NCBI RefSeq assembly: GCF_018977255.1
Contig: NW_024704742.1
Coordinates: 57,848,001-57,912,000 of the forward strand
Length of the DNA: 64,000 nucleotides
Direction of reading: 5' to 3'
Source: Callorhinchus milii
Taxonomy: Eukaryota
The stretch's first letter is position 1. Each line of letters begins with the position of its first letter. The notes below the pieces were generated by a model. It had not been told where the DNA came from. It did not search any database and saw nothing but the letters and a program-made list of their open reading frames with translations. Below are positions 1 through 13,300 of the stretch, piece by piece. A program made the translations under genes and the position numbers.

Positions 1-910
1 GTTGGGAGTCGAACAAGATGCCCAGGTTCCTGACTGGTTTGGTGAGGTGGAGTGTGCATCCTTGAATGCTGATGATGCCAGTGTCTGAGGTGCGGAGGCG
101 CTGGCCTGAGTCAATCAGGAGGGCTTCAGTCTTGCTGACATTCAACTGTAGAAAGTTGGATCTCATGCAGGACTTGATGTTTGACTGACAGTTTGTCAGG
201 ACATCAGTGGTCTTGGGGTCGAGGGTGGAGGCAGAGAGATAGAGTTGGGTGTCATCCGTGTACATGTGGAAGTTGACTCCATATCTGCGGATGATGTCAC
301 CGAGGGAGCATGTACAGGTTGAAGAGGAGAGAACCAAGGACAGAGCCCTGAGGAACACTGCACGAGACTTTACAGTGGCTAAAGGAGAAGCCATTTGTGG
401 AGACAAAGTGGAGTTGGTGTGAGAGATAGGATCTGAATCATTCAAGGACAGAATCTTAAAGGTTAAGGTGAGAGGAGAGGTGGTGGAGGAGGATAGAGTG
501 GTCCTCAGTGTGAAAGGCAGCAGAGAGGTCGAGGAGACAGAGGGAGCCCTAGTCACAAATGGACAGGATGTCATTTGTCACGTTGACCAGGGCTGTTTCC
601 ATTCTGTGGGCAGGGATTCGTAGAGGGAGTGGCAGGAGAGGAAGGAGTAAAGCAACAACTTTTTCAAGGAGCTTGGTTGGAAATGGGGCAGTTGTTAATG
701 AGACAGGGAAGATTTTTTTTAGGATGGAATGATGACAGCTGTTTTTAGGGGGGTGGGAATGGTGCCAGTTGACAGGGAGGTGTTGATGAGATCAGATAGT
801 AGATAGGCAAGGAGATGGAGCTGGGAGGTAAGCAGAGGGTTAAGGATGGGTTCGAGGGAGCAGGTAGTGGACTTTATACGGGTTATCGTGGTGGTGAGAG
901 AGAAGTGGGT
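1..910 (-). mobile_element. L2-clade LINE fragment (RT region), degenerate
   Basis: Minus strand encodes [13 protein letters not shown] (about 235-272) and [12 protein letters not shown] motifs; similar to L2 copies at 38-39 kb and 60-61 kb. Confidence 0.85.
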
Positions 911-1029
911 AAGATTAAATAAGATTTGCAGCTATTCTAGAACATTTTTTGTGCAAATTAAGAAACCTTTAATAATAGCTAGCAGATGAAGAACCACTCT
1001 CTGTGTCAGTGGAATTGTTCCTTTCAACT

Positions 1030-1160
1030 CGCCCAATGCTTTTTTGTAAAATCTAGCCCTTGAAATACTTCTGTCCGCACCAATTTCAATATCCACCAAT
1101 ACTCTTCTGAAGTAGATAATTATCCAATTTAGTCTTGAAGGAGTGACTCTCTGAGGCACC
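1030..1160 (-). mobile_element. Old CR1 3' end remnant
   Basis: Minus-strand ASESHSFKTKLDNYLLQKSIGGY* resembles the CR1 ORF2 C-terminus. Confidence 0.5.
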
Positions 1161-1799
1161 AACTATTTGTTTCATACAACCAATAATTCATGGAATAAAA
1201 ATCTTCTAATCTCTGCCCTTACTCAAGACTTTTAAAATAAAGTCAAACCTATGTTTCCACTTCTGCTCCCATTAGGCAAGCTGAAATCGGTGTGGTTGTC
1301 ACAAAGGGCAATATACTTAGTCCTGGAAAACAATCCTTTATGAAAAACAGATGAATTTTGACCATTTTCCCAATTATCCAGAGCAAATTACTGCCACTCT
1401 TTTGATGTTGCATTTGTATCTATCTCTTCAGAGTGTACAAAAAATATATCATGACGTAAAACTAGCTAATTAGTTTGAGGAAATGAACCAAAATAACCTG
1501 TAAGGCTGCAAGACAGCAACACAAGTTTCAACATGAATTGCGAACTGCAATTGTAATACTTTGAAGTGGAAATTGTATATGCGATTGAACATTGATGAAA
1601 AAATGGATTCCTTATACATTGCCTTTTTGAAATGAGGCATATTGTTACATGACATATGAAACACATTTATGTAATTTCAAGCCATGATTGATTTTCAATT
1701 GAATATTGTATGTTTCATCATGTGGGCCTCATGTGGCACTAAGTTGAAAGCCTTGTGGAAGTCAATAAACCAATGTAAGTGGGTTTCCCCTTAGCCTTA

Positions 1800-3345
1800 A
1801 GAGCATCAGTCTCAATTGTTGACTCTTATTGGTACCTTGGGGTCGTGGTGGACACCAACTTTTGCCTGGACACTGTCCTGAAGGATTGCGCTGAGAAGCA
1901 GTGAAGAGCACTCTGGTCATTCTCATCCCTCTTCAAGGACAGCAAGGTCCCAATGTAGGTCAAGCTTGCGGCATACAAGACCTATGTGCAAACAATCCTC
2001 CTTTATGGATCTGAGCTTCTGGGGATGCAGTGACGAGGTTTCCTCCAATCCATCTGCAAACTCCAGGATCAAAAAGTGTGGTGGATCTGTGGCAAACATG
2101 GGAAGTGGCTACAGGGTGGGAGGGTTTCCAACCTAGACTGACCTGTTGCTAATCACCCTGGAGACAGAGGCAGCTTCACAGCGGTCACATCTATTTGCCA
2201 AGGCCACTTACATGAGGACCTGATTTAAACTGGTGCTGAATAAACCTGTTACACAACATTTCACTTGGACCTCAAGAACATCAAGGTGGCTGTCCTGTAA
2301 GGGTCCTCCCACTATGCCAGAAGCAGACCCCTGCTATATAGCTGATGAGAACAGCATTGTCCATGAGGCTTGGGGCAACAGCTGCTGGAAGGCATTATCT
2401 GGAGTCCGAGTTCATGAACATACGTTAGTATGACCAGCACCTGGAATCCACCTTGATTGGCCGGCAAAGCAGCCAACAGCTGCTGCTTAACCTCTGTACC
2501 TCCAACTGCTGGAAACATTGCTCAATGGGAAGGGACGTGCCCAAACTACAGACAGGAAGATGGTGGCAATGCTCTCACGCATTTCATGCTGAGCTGTGTT
2601 GCCCACCAGGAAGTTTGCAGGGAGTTCCTGGTACTTGGTATCCACCTAATGAGGGATCAAATCTGTGCTTGTTGGATGGGATGTCAAATAACTAACTAGT
2701 GACTATCCACTTTGGGAGGGGTGGTGGAGGGGGGAAGTAAGTGGGGTCTCCTTGGAGCTGAACTGTCTCCAAAGTGACACATTTGGTAATGGAATGTCGG
2801 CATCACGCCAGCCCTCTGTGGTGGTCTCATTAGTCTGGTTCCTGAGTCAGACGGGTCTGCGGTATTCCAGAGCACTGCTGATGATAGCACAGCCAGCCTG
2901 GCTTATTGGAGGGAAATGGAAGGGCAGACCAGTCACTGGGGCACTGAATCATCGCACTCGGCTCCTGTTAATCCTGCAAGCCAAAGTGCTAATGGGTAGA
3001 GTGGTCCTACCTGGACAAGCAGCGGACAAGCTTGCTGGACAGCAATATCAATAGGAGGTTCCTGAGACAGACGGGTCCGCAGTATTATGCGGACTATGCG
3101 GTTTTAGCTGGTTAGACTCCAGCAGGACCCTAACGGACACTCTGGGGTCCCCAAACCTTCACTCTTGCCAACCTGCATCTAATACTTTCTTGAATTAGTT
3201 AAGCAGAATGTATCCTTCCAGGGAGAGAGTGAGCATTCCAGTCCAACAATCTATTTCTGTAATTTCTATGTGAAGGTGGGATGCATGGAATACCGATAAG
3301 CATGGTGATGGGTTTCTGCATGTGTCACCTGGCTGACCAAAAAAA
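1800..3345 (+). mobile_element. RTEX-like non-LTR retrotransposon, 3' part (degenerate ORF end, long 3' UTR, terminal stem-loop)
   Basis: SYWYLGVV (about 1824), KLAAYKTYVQTILLYGSELLG (about 1962-2024), C-terminal Cys/His knuckle-like ..CPN..THFMLSC; 3' end catggtgatgggtttctgcatgtgtc..cctggctgaccaaaa shared with other copies. Confidence 0.65.
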
Positions 3346-3807
3346 TTATTGTATGTTCAGTGAGATTTTAAGGCTTTTTGCTTTCACTTTATTGTATGAT
3401 TTAGCAATTCACTTTGTTAGCATTTTTTAACATTCCAGAAAACAACTTGAAGTTCAAACATTGTTCCTTTTCAGCTTCTCATAGTTGCCTGTACACAGTG
3501 ATAATGTCCATTTCCATCTGCAAAATCAGAAGCCTATAAAATACAACAAATCCAATTAAATCCGGTATGCTATGATGAAAACCTATTAGCACACAATGAA
3601 AGATCTATTGGAATTAAATACTGTATCACCATGTTACTACTGTATAGCTGATATTTTTTGGGTGATTGCTATTTCTTGTGCAATGGCTCTTACTCTTCAT
3701 AGGCAACTCTATTTTTGCACAGCCACTGAGGACTACATTAACTTCACACAAAAACTTTGGAGGGTGAAAATAGTGAAATTAATTAGATGTGAAATATAAT
3801 GGAGATT

Positions 3808-6800
3808 ATAATAATAATGATCCTTGTATTTGTAATAGTACCTTTCATTTCAGGAGGATGTCTCAAGGTACCTCACAGGATTCAGTGTAAAGTTTATATA
3901 GGACACATAGGAATTAGGAGCAGGAGTAGGCCATTCACCCCCTCGAGCCTGCCCCGCCATTCAATAAAATCATGGCTGATCTTCTAACCTAACTCCATCT
4001 GCCCGACTTATCCCCATGACCCTTAATCCCCCTGTCCTTTAGAAATCTATCAATCTCAGTCTTGAATATGTTCAAGAACTGAGCATCTACAGCCTTCTGG
4101 GGTAGAGAATTCCATAAATTCACTACCCTCTGAGTGAAGGAGTGTTTCCTCAACTCTGTTCAAAAAGGCTGTCTCTAAATCTTAAGACTGTGACCCCTAG
4201 TTCTAGATTCTCCAACCAGGGGAAACAGTCTCACACTGTCTACTCTGTCAAGCCCCATAAGAACCTTATATGTTTCTATATGATCACCCCTAATTCTTCT
4301 ATATTCTAGAGAACATAGGCCTAGTTTACTCAACCTATCTTCATAGGTCAACCCCCTCATCCCAGGAACTAATCTAGTGAATCTACACTGCACCCCCTCT
4401 AAGGCGAGTATGTCCTTTCTTAAATAAGGAGACCAAAACTGCACACAATATTCTAGGTGCGGTCTCACCAAGGCCCTATACAGTTGCAGCAAAACTTCTG
4501 TACTCTTGTATCCTAACCCTTTTGCAATAAACGCCAACATGCCATTAGCCTTCCTAGTTGCTTGCTGTACCTGCATACTAACTTTTTGTGACTGGTGTAC
4601 AAGGATACACAAATCCCTCTGAACACTAACACTATCTAATCTCTCCCCTTCTAGAAAATAATCTGCTTTTCTGCTTTTACTACCTAGGTAAATAACTTCA
4701 CAATTCCCCACATTATATTCCATCTGCCACCTTCCTGTCTACTCACCTAGCCTATCTATATCTCTTTGCAATCTTTTTGTGTCATCCTCAGAGCTTACTC
4801 TCCCACCTAGCTTAGTATCATCCGTGAATTTAGATATTTTAAGTTCTATGTCCTCGTCCAGATCATTGATATAGATTGTAAATAGTTAAGGCCCAAGCAC
4901 TGATCCTTGTGGCACTCGACTAGTCACATCCCGCCAATCTGAGGACCCATTTATCCCTACTCTCTGCTTTCTTCCCGTTAGCCACTCTTTGATCCATGCT
5001 AATATATTGCCTTTAGTTCCATGGGCCCTAATCTTGTATAGCACCTTATATGTGGCACCTTGTCGAATGCCTTCTGAAAATCTAAATATACCACATCTAC
5101 TGGTTCCCCCCTATCTAACCTGCTAGTTACATCCTCAAGGAACTCTGAAAGATTTGCCAAACATGACTTCCCTTTTGTAAAGCCATGTTGGCTCTGCTTA
5201 ATCGTGTTATGGTCCTCTAAGTACCCCACGACGTCCCTAATTAAGGATTCTAGAATTTTCCCTACCACCGATGTTAGACTGACTGGTCTATAGATCCCCA
5301 TCTTCTCTCTCCCACCCTTCTTAAATAGTGGTGTTATGTTTGCGATCTTCCAATCAATGGAAACTGTTCCAGAATCCAGAGAATTTTGGAAGATCAAAAA
5401 AAGCCATCCACTATCTTAGCAGCCACCTCCTTTAAAAGCCTACGATGTAGGCCATCAGGTCCAGTGGATTTGTAATTTTTCAATCCCAACAGTTTCCCTC
5501 GTACTAATTCTTTACTGATTCTAATTTCCCTAAGTTGCTCACTAACATTAGCTTCTTAGTTCCCCTCTATTTTTGATAAGTTTTCCATGTCTTCTAATGT
5601 AAAGCAAAGTATTTGTTTCATGACTCTGCCATATCTTTATCCCCCATTATAATTCCTCCTGTCTCTGCCTGTAATGTACTCACATTCACTTTTGCTAGTC
5701 TCTTCCTCTTTATGTATTTGTAAAAACTCTTACAGTCTGTCTTTATGTTCCTAGCTAGTTTGCCCTCATAATCCATTTTCTCCCTCCTAATCATTTTCTA
5801 GTTTTTCTTTGTTGGTCTCTGAAGCCCTCCCAATCCTCGGGTTTACTGCTTTGTACTATAGGACCCTTCTTTTAATTTTATACCTTCCCTAACTGCTCTA
5901 GTTAGCCATGGTTGAACCATTTTTCCCATGGTATTTTTATTCCACAAGGGAATATGTGATCGCTGGAAATTATGTACTATATCTCTAAAGGTTTGCCATT
6001 ACTGGTCTACTGTCATATCCTTTAATCTAATTCCCCAGTGTATTTTAGCTAAATCTTCTCTGATACCTGCAAAGTTGACTCTATTTAAATTTAAGACCTT
6101 TGCTTCAGACTTAACTACATCACTCTCTAACTTAATGTTAAATTCCATCATGTTATGGTCACTCTGCCCCAGAGGAGCCTTGACTTCCAGATTGCTCATT
6201 AGCCCTATTTCATTACACAAAACAAGATCTAGGATCGCCTGTTCCCTGGTTGGTTCCTCATCATACTGATAGAGAAAACTATCTCTAATGCATTCTATAA
6301 GCTCCTCCTGTAACTTACTTTTGCCAATTTGGTTTTCCCAATCTATATGAAAATTAAAATCACCCACTATTAGTGCATTTCCTTTTCTACATGCTCCAAT
6401 AATTTCCTGCTTAATACTCTGTGCAATACTGTGACTGTTATTCGGGGGTTTATAAACTACTCACACTAGTGTTTTCTACCCCTTGTTATTTCATAGCTAC
6501 GTCCTGATTTTCTGATTTAAAATCTTTCCTCTTTACTGTTTTTATCCCATCATTTATTAACGGGGCTACCCTCCCACCTTGTTTTCCACATTGCCTCACT
6601 TTCCTATATGACGAATACCCCAGAATATTTAGCTCCCACCCTTGATCTCCCTGTAACCACGGCTCAGTAATGGCTACTAGATCATATCCATTTATTTCTA
6701 TTTTTGCCATTAATTTGTCTATCTTATTACGAATGCTTCGTGCATTCGTATACAGCGCCTTTAATTTTGACTTCTTACTATTTGCCCTACTCGCTAATGC

Positions 6801-7885
6801 TCTATTTTCTTTTCTGAGCTTCTTGTCCCTCCTAGACACACTCTGCTTATCTCCCTCATTATTCTGCTTTACCACCTTCATCTTTCTTAGTTTTGCTGGT
6901 TTACTTCAGACTTTAACTGTAGCCTTCCCTCTCCACCCCTCACCCCTTAGTAGTTTAAAGCTCTGCCTACCTCACTATTTATTCATTCTTCCAGGTCATT
7001 GGTCCCAGCCCGGTTTAGGTGGAGTCCATCTCTATGAAATAACTCCCTTTTCCCCCAATACTGGTGCCAGTGGCCCATAAAATGAAACCCCTGCCCTCCG
7101 CACCACTTTTTCAGCCACGCATTTAATTCTTTAATTTGTTTGTGCCTGTACCAATTTGCACATGGCTCAGGCAGTAATCCCAATATTATTACCTTGGAAG
7201 TTCTATTTTTTAATTTAATTCCCAATTCGTTGAACTCACCCCTTAAGTCGTCCCTACTAGTACTACCTATATCGTTGGTGCCAATGTAGATTACCACACT
7301 TGGATCTTCCTCCTTCTGCCTCAAATTCTTCTCCAGCTTTGAAGAGATTTCCTTCACCCTGGCCCCAGGAAAGCAACAGATCCTTTGTATCTCCTGGTTG
7401 CAGCTGCAGAGAAGTGTGTCTGTCCTCCTGACTGTCTCGTCCCCAATTACAACTGAATTCCATCTTTCACCCCCCACTTTTGTGGCCTCCTGTATAGAGA
7501 TGTTGGGAGTTAGTTTGCCCATCTTCCTCACAGGCTTCCTTGTCCACACAGGTTGCAAGTATCCCGTACCTGTTGGACAAGGTTAAAGCCTGGGGCTTCT
7601 CCGCCAATCTCTCTGGGGTCCCCTTACCTTCCTGACTGTCAGTCACCCTGTCCTGTTCCTGACTAGTAATGTAATCTATACTTTCCCTGAGACTCAGGGG
7701 AGTGACTGGCTTTACTGACTGTGTATTTGTAGGTGAACATAGTAGCCATTTGCACAAGGCAATGTCCCACAAACAGACACGAAGAGAATGATCAATTTTA
7801 TTTGGGGATTGTTGGTGCTTGATCTCACAATGTTCTGATTCAGAGGCAAGAGTCCTACCAACTAGCCAGGCTGACACCTGGCTCA
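3808..7885 (-). mobile_element. Deu-type SINE split by the CR1 insertion (3' half about 3808-3900, 5' half about 7712-7885)
   Basis: (aat)n tail plus L2-type stem on the left; gactgtgtatttgtaggtgaa..tgtcccacaaacag and a tRNA-like head on the right, colinear with intact SINE copies. Confidence 0.75.
3905..7710 (-). mobile_element. Near full-length decayed CR1 LINE: SGNH-esterase ORF1 (about 6983-7558), ORF2 APE endonuclease (about 6000-6780), RT (about 4800-5400), C-terminus (4175-4723), 3' UTR
   Basis: VVIGD..CCFPGA..IGTNDIG (ORF1 esterase); LYTNARSIRNK, GDFN, SDHN (endonuclease); YRPVSLTSVVGK, QHGF, YLDFQKAFDKV (RT); LVRPHLEYCVQFWSPY. Multiple frameshifts and stops. Confidence 0.93.
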
Positions 7886-8199
7886 TAATATGCTTTTATT
7901 GATATTACTTCACTGCATGGAAAGTAATGGCATAGATATTTCCCTGAAGGTATATGCCTCTTTAAAGTCTTTAAACATTTGTTAGAGTACGGGTTATCTG
8001 ATAAAATAAAAAATTACCATTAGGAGACCAAAATAAATGGAAATTATTGTATATAATATTGGGGATAAAATTGATGTTGTATCTCATGGGAACATTATCC
8101 AGAATGGCAAGTCTTAGCTGAGCATGTCCATTAGAGATAGAAAGCCTTGGAGATCAGTGGGAAACGGAAAATGTCTGTGCTTGGATTGAACATCTATTC

Positions 8200-9090
8200 A
8201 TCAGAATATTTGGTTGAACAAGACCCTTCAGCCCATCTGATCTCATACTTCTCAAATACCCACCCTACCCACCCACCCTTAATCTTCTTTTAAACTCAGT
8301 TCAATGTACCTGTCTCAACCACCTTTGCCGGTAACCTGTTCCAGTCATTAATTGCCATCTGGGTAAATGAAAACTGATATCTATCCTGAAATTGCTCATT
8401 GCAACTCTAAACCTATGTTCTCTTGTTTCACTGTCATGGTGAATCCTAAAGTTTTGTTCTTAGTTTACTTTTACCATACATTTTAAATTTTATACATCTC
8501 TATAAAATCCCATCTGATACAAGACTGAAAAACCCTGGTTTATCCAATTGTTTCTTATAGATCATTCCTCTAACATTGTGGATCATCCTTGCTGCTATCT
8601 TCTGCATTGCTCTTAGGGCTCTTGATGAGCCCATTCCTTATGTCACAGTGACCAGAACTGTACAGTCTAGCCAGGTGCAGCTTTACTAGAGCACTATATA
8701 GTTTCAGTGTAATGTCTCAGACAACTGAACACAAATGATTTATCAATAAGCCAATTTACTTTGTTTATACTGTTTTGACATGGTGTGCGAGGAGTCAAAC
8801 AACACCACTAGATCACTTCCAGCTTCCCCCTTCGCAAGTTCTATCCTGTCCTTGGAGTACAAAAGTTTCCTATTCTTACTTCCTAAATGTAGCACCTTGT
8901 GTTTATCTGTAGTAATCTTCATTTGGGAGTTATCAGCCCATGTGTACATCCTGTCAAGCTCTCTTTCCAAGACATTTGCTGCCTCCTCTGATTCCACATT
9001 TCCCCCAATTTAGTGTCATCTGCAAAATGAACTAATTTACATTACGTCAGCGAATACAAATCATTAATATATATAAAGAGTAAGGGAGAT
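8200..9090 (-). mobile_element. Old CR1 3' fragment
   Basis: ttagtgtcatctgcaaa = FADDTK on the minus strand; ORF 8743..8997 (KHKVLHLG). Confidence 0.75.
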
Positions 9091-9699
9091 TTACTTCACA
9101 TTTCAAGATGTCCCACCTGACATTGTTTGATTCTGAGACTGAAAATGTTAAATTTTGCAGGAATGACATTCAGCATTTCAAGAGGCACAAAAGGGGAAAG
9201 GGAATAATGAGAAATGAGAACTTACTTGATGGACTAGGCAGTAATGTCATCAGTACATTGGACAGCTGTGAGGGAATGCAAGAAAGTGTTGCCATTCTGA
9301 GATTGTCTCTGCTGGGATGCAGATATCTCGAAGGAGGAAGGAGGCCTCTGACGGCACATTAGGGAAAAGGGCCAGCAACTTAAAGAAGAAAGTTACATTG
9401 TCAGAACACATTCTATCATAGTCATCATATCATATTAAATATCCTTGCATTTGATATAGCACCAAAATGTCTTAAAATGCTTCACAAAGTTTCTGTAAAT
9501 TGTTGTGGCTGTGTAATTGTAGATGAATGTATATTGAGCATGGTTATATCCGACAATCAGTATATTACACAATATATATGTGGAATTCTCCAGCTATTTT
9601 TGGATACTTATAAGCAGAGTGATGAGTTTTCACATATATCAGTCACCTGGCTGATAAAAAAGAAATCTAAGACAGATTTGTGAATATGACTCTTCTCAA

Positions 9700-9843
9700 T
9701 CAAGTTGCTTCTTTCATTACCCCACCCCGGCCTTCAAACCAGCCTAAAGATCTTTTCAATGGTGTTTTCACCTCTTGTCTTTTAAGTTCTGGATTTAATC
9801 TTTCAGTCTTTCTCTGTTTCTTCCCTGGACAAATCAATATTTA
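9700..9843 (-). CDS. Candidate terminal coding exon 10 region of the SLC22A5-like gene (acceptor and frame unresolved)
   Basis: Polypyrimidine tract 9846-9870 with AG acceptors before 9843 and 9824. A hydrophilic frame (ICPGKKQRKTERLNPELK...) is present but out of phase with exon 9. Confidence 0.35.
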
Positions 9844-10226
9844 CTTTGAAAAAGGGAAAATAAACAAGATGCAAGGCAAAATACCTTTCTTAATCTATGT
9901 TGTTGCCCTCTGAGCTAAAGATTCCAATATTTCAATGGCTTGTTAAACAACATAAGTTGTCACCAGCACAGCCTAAATGGACAGAATGACCTGTTACTTT
10001 GCTGTATCTTTCTTGTAATTCTATGTATTAAGTGTGCTATAGCAATGAAATATATATTGATAGTTTGGGAATTGTGAGTATCCCTGAGTTTATAGAATCA
10101 ATATTATTCTGGGTTATAAATATTTCAGGTTTTGGGAAACAACCAGGATATGTTTTCAGGTCTGAAATGGAAAAAGCTCTCAAGCCATCAACCCACATTG
10201 ATACGCTTCCCTGTTCAATTACTTAC

Positions 10227-10362
10227 CATTTGACTGGTTGTGCTTGCTGAATTGTGTCTGGAAAACGCTGGCCATATGTTTCAGGCAAAATGAAGCAGAA
10301 AAATCCAGCCATTATTGACAAGCCGCCCATTAACATAAAAGGCAGATCCTTGTTATACGTTC
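10227..10362 (-). CDS. SLC22A5: SLC22A5-like exon 9 (136 bp, [44 protein letters not shown])
   Basis: Hand translation (not in ORF track); TM12 plus LPET motif; acceptor tcttttag, donor TG|gtaagt. Confidence 0.94.
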
Positions 10363-13300
10363 CTAAAAGATAGAAAGCAACATAATTATAACTAATTCAA
10401 AACTGTAATAATCTGCTGCCTGAATCTGAAAACAGCACGTTAATGAGGTTCTGTATATTGTGAACATATTTCTTACTCATGCTACTTAGGTTTGTTAGCT
10501 AAAATTGTTTCAATAATAGTTCATATGTTTAAGAATAGACAGTATTTGGATTCATGCAGCAGATAATCTTACAAACAAATTGCTCTACAATAGAAGAGTA
10601 TTACCTGTGCTCAGGATCTTGGACAATGAGCAAGATGAGGTAGAAGCTTAGATAAAATACTGTATATCACATTTTAAACCTAATAACTTGGATTGTTAAA
10701 CTCATTTACAATACCGGAATCATGAAAGTAAAAAACATGTGTATGTTATATTTAATTAAAATTAATATTATTTTGGCATTATAATATTTAGTTATTAGGT
10801 ATTACAAAGGTATTGTTTAATCTTCAACTGCAAATTGATTTTAGGATTAATTGAGGTAATATATGCAAATATTCTAATAGTCATAATTTAAATTGATTAA
10901 TTAAAGGATTATAAATGCATATTAATCTACAAGTTATAATAGTACAAACAAAGGCTATTGTTGAGCCCATCAAATTAACATTGTCATTAAATCACGGTAC
11001 AAATGTTTCAATAATATTGAAATTATCCCACCTTATCTCCCCTCCCACCCTGCATTCCCACAACAAAAGCTTCCATTAATATATAATTTTGAAAAAGCAC
11101 ACAGAAGAAAAGCAGCTCTGCTCAGGATCAGTCCAGAACCCTTTGCTCTGCAATGCTTCCTGAATTTAGGAAGATTCAACGTTAGGATTTATTTTCCCTT
11201 TTCTCAACCGTAAATTTCCACATCCCATTCCTTCAATCCTAGGATCTTCTCCATCCCTCACTGAATATAATGGAATATTTTCACCTTATTTATAACATCA
11301 GAATTCTCCATATTCATTTTTTGAGTCCTGCATTGACCTAGTGGGAATGCAGCTTTCTCCCAGTATACTAGTATTCTACAAAAAAAATTCTATTAATACT
11401 GAATGAATAAATCTACGTGAACCCTTTGGAGCTCTAAATTCTAACAGAGAAGTGTCTGAAATTCAGGAACCAGAGAAGGGTAAGAGGATGCTTTTCAATT
11501 GGTGAGATGTAGTCAGTGGTGATCTGTCCTAGTGCCTCTCTTATGTACCATTTCAGACATATATTTTAGATACATTTATTATGCCCAAGTCTTCTTGCAC
11601 AGGGAATCACTTTAGCATAGGGAATCTATCTAAATTTACTGATTGATAATACCAAATTAAAGGGTGTGGGAAATTGTGAAGTGGAAAGCAGAAGAATATA
11701 GATGACATATTCAGAGTGAGTAGATAAGTAGGAAATAGAATTTATTTCAGAAATATGAAGTAGTACATCTTGTAAAGAAAAGAAAGGAAAGGAAATATAA
11801 CCTTAATGGGAACAACCTGAATGGAGTGGAATACTAAAGAGGCCTAGGAGTGTAGATATGCAAGGGACTCTATGGTTAAAAAAAAATTATTTATAACAGG
11901 AACCGTTGAATAAGAGACTGAACGGGAAATAGCAAACACATTAAACAACTACTTCCTGGAGATTTTTTTTTATCATGAAGCGCATCCCTAAAATTGAGCA
12001 GACATTGTGTGAGCTCCAGGACTTTGACAGGAGGTTCTATGCTGAGGTTATAGATCAGCTCAAGGGACTGAAAACCAACATATCCCTGGGAATGGATGGG
12101 GCCAGGCAGAAGATTTGGGTAGTATTAACAGAACCTGACAACATTAGATTGACCTCAATAATTGGAGACAATGATGGAGACAATCATCAGAAAGAAACAA
12201 ATATGACTTGTGTAAAAAAAAGGAATGACTGACAGACAGTATAGGTTCAGAAGGAGTAGATCTGTCTCACCAAATACATAGACCTTTTTAAGCAGTGACA
12301 ACCCAAAATGACTGTGAGAAGCCATATGATGTAGTGTATCTGGACTTTGAAAAGCATTTGACAAAGTACTACAGAAAAGATTCTTTTATGAATTGAGATC
12401 TCTGGGATTCAAGGAAAAGACATAGATTATAGATATTAGGGGAGCTAGATCAAATGGGAAGAAGTATGAAGTGTGTGTCTCATGGGTCTGTACTGGGGCC
12501 CACCCTGGTTCTTGACCTGGATTCAGAGTGACAGTGTAAGGTAATTACATTTGCAGATCACAGGATTTTAAATGGGATTGAAAACGTGAAGCCAGAACAA
12601 TAGTTTCAGATGCACCAATACAGCTGAACAAGAGGACAGAAGTTTAAAGTTGCAAAGGGCAATTTCAGAAAAAAAATATTTCCCCGGAGGGTGATTAGAA
12701 AGGGTGGTTAAGGCAAGGACATTTGCATTGAATACAAAAGAAAAAAGCCAATGTTACAAATTTACAAAGTATTAGTGAGGCTGGAGTTGGAGTATTGTGA
12801 CAATTTTGAGCACTCTGTTATAGATAGGACATCAGAGATTCACTAGGATGATACCAGGGACACAGGATTATAGTTATTTAGGATTGTTTTTGTTGGAATG
12901 CAAGTTAGAATCTAATAAATGTTTTCATAATTATGAACAATTTAAATTATTATTCTAAACTCATAAAGACTATTTCTATTGATTGACGAGTCAATAACAA
13001 CATGGCATAAATTGACAACTATCACCAGAAGGAAAAAGAGAAGGTTACACAGGGTTGTTAGAATACAAAATACTTTATACCAAAAAATATTGTTCAAGCT
13101 GAGTCCATAACAACATTTAATATGTAATTGAATAAATACTTGAAGAAAAATTATATTGAACAGTATGGGCCAAAAGTCAATGAATAGGATTATGCTGTTA
13201 TATTTACCCTCCAGTGGAGTAACCTGCTCAGACATGATGATATGAATAGTCTCTGTCTGTGATGTAAACACTCTTTCAATCCCATTACATATTTTTAGAT

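Noticed and set aside
2875..2920. CTGATGA in the RTEX-like 3' UTR as a possible hammerhead
   Set aside because: No stem II followed by GAAA, and the motif is not conserved in the 45k and 61.7k copies
2752..3054. Peptide YSRALLM..QPAWLIG..WKGR recurring in ORFs at 2.8k, 45k and 61.7k
   Set aside because: Explained by copies of the same repeat; other copies are frameshifted and no domain is recognisable
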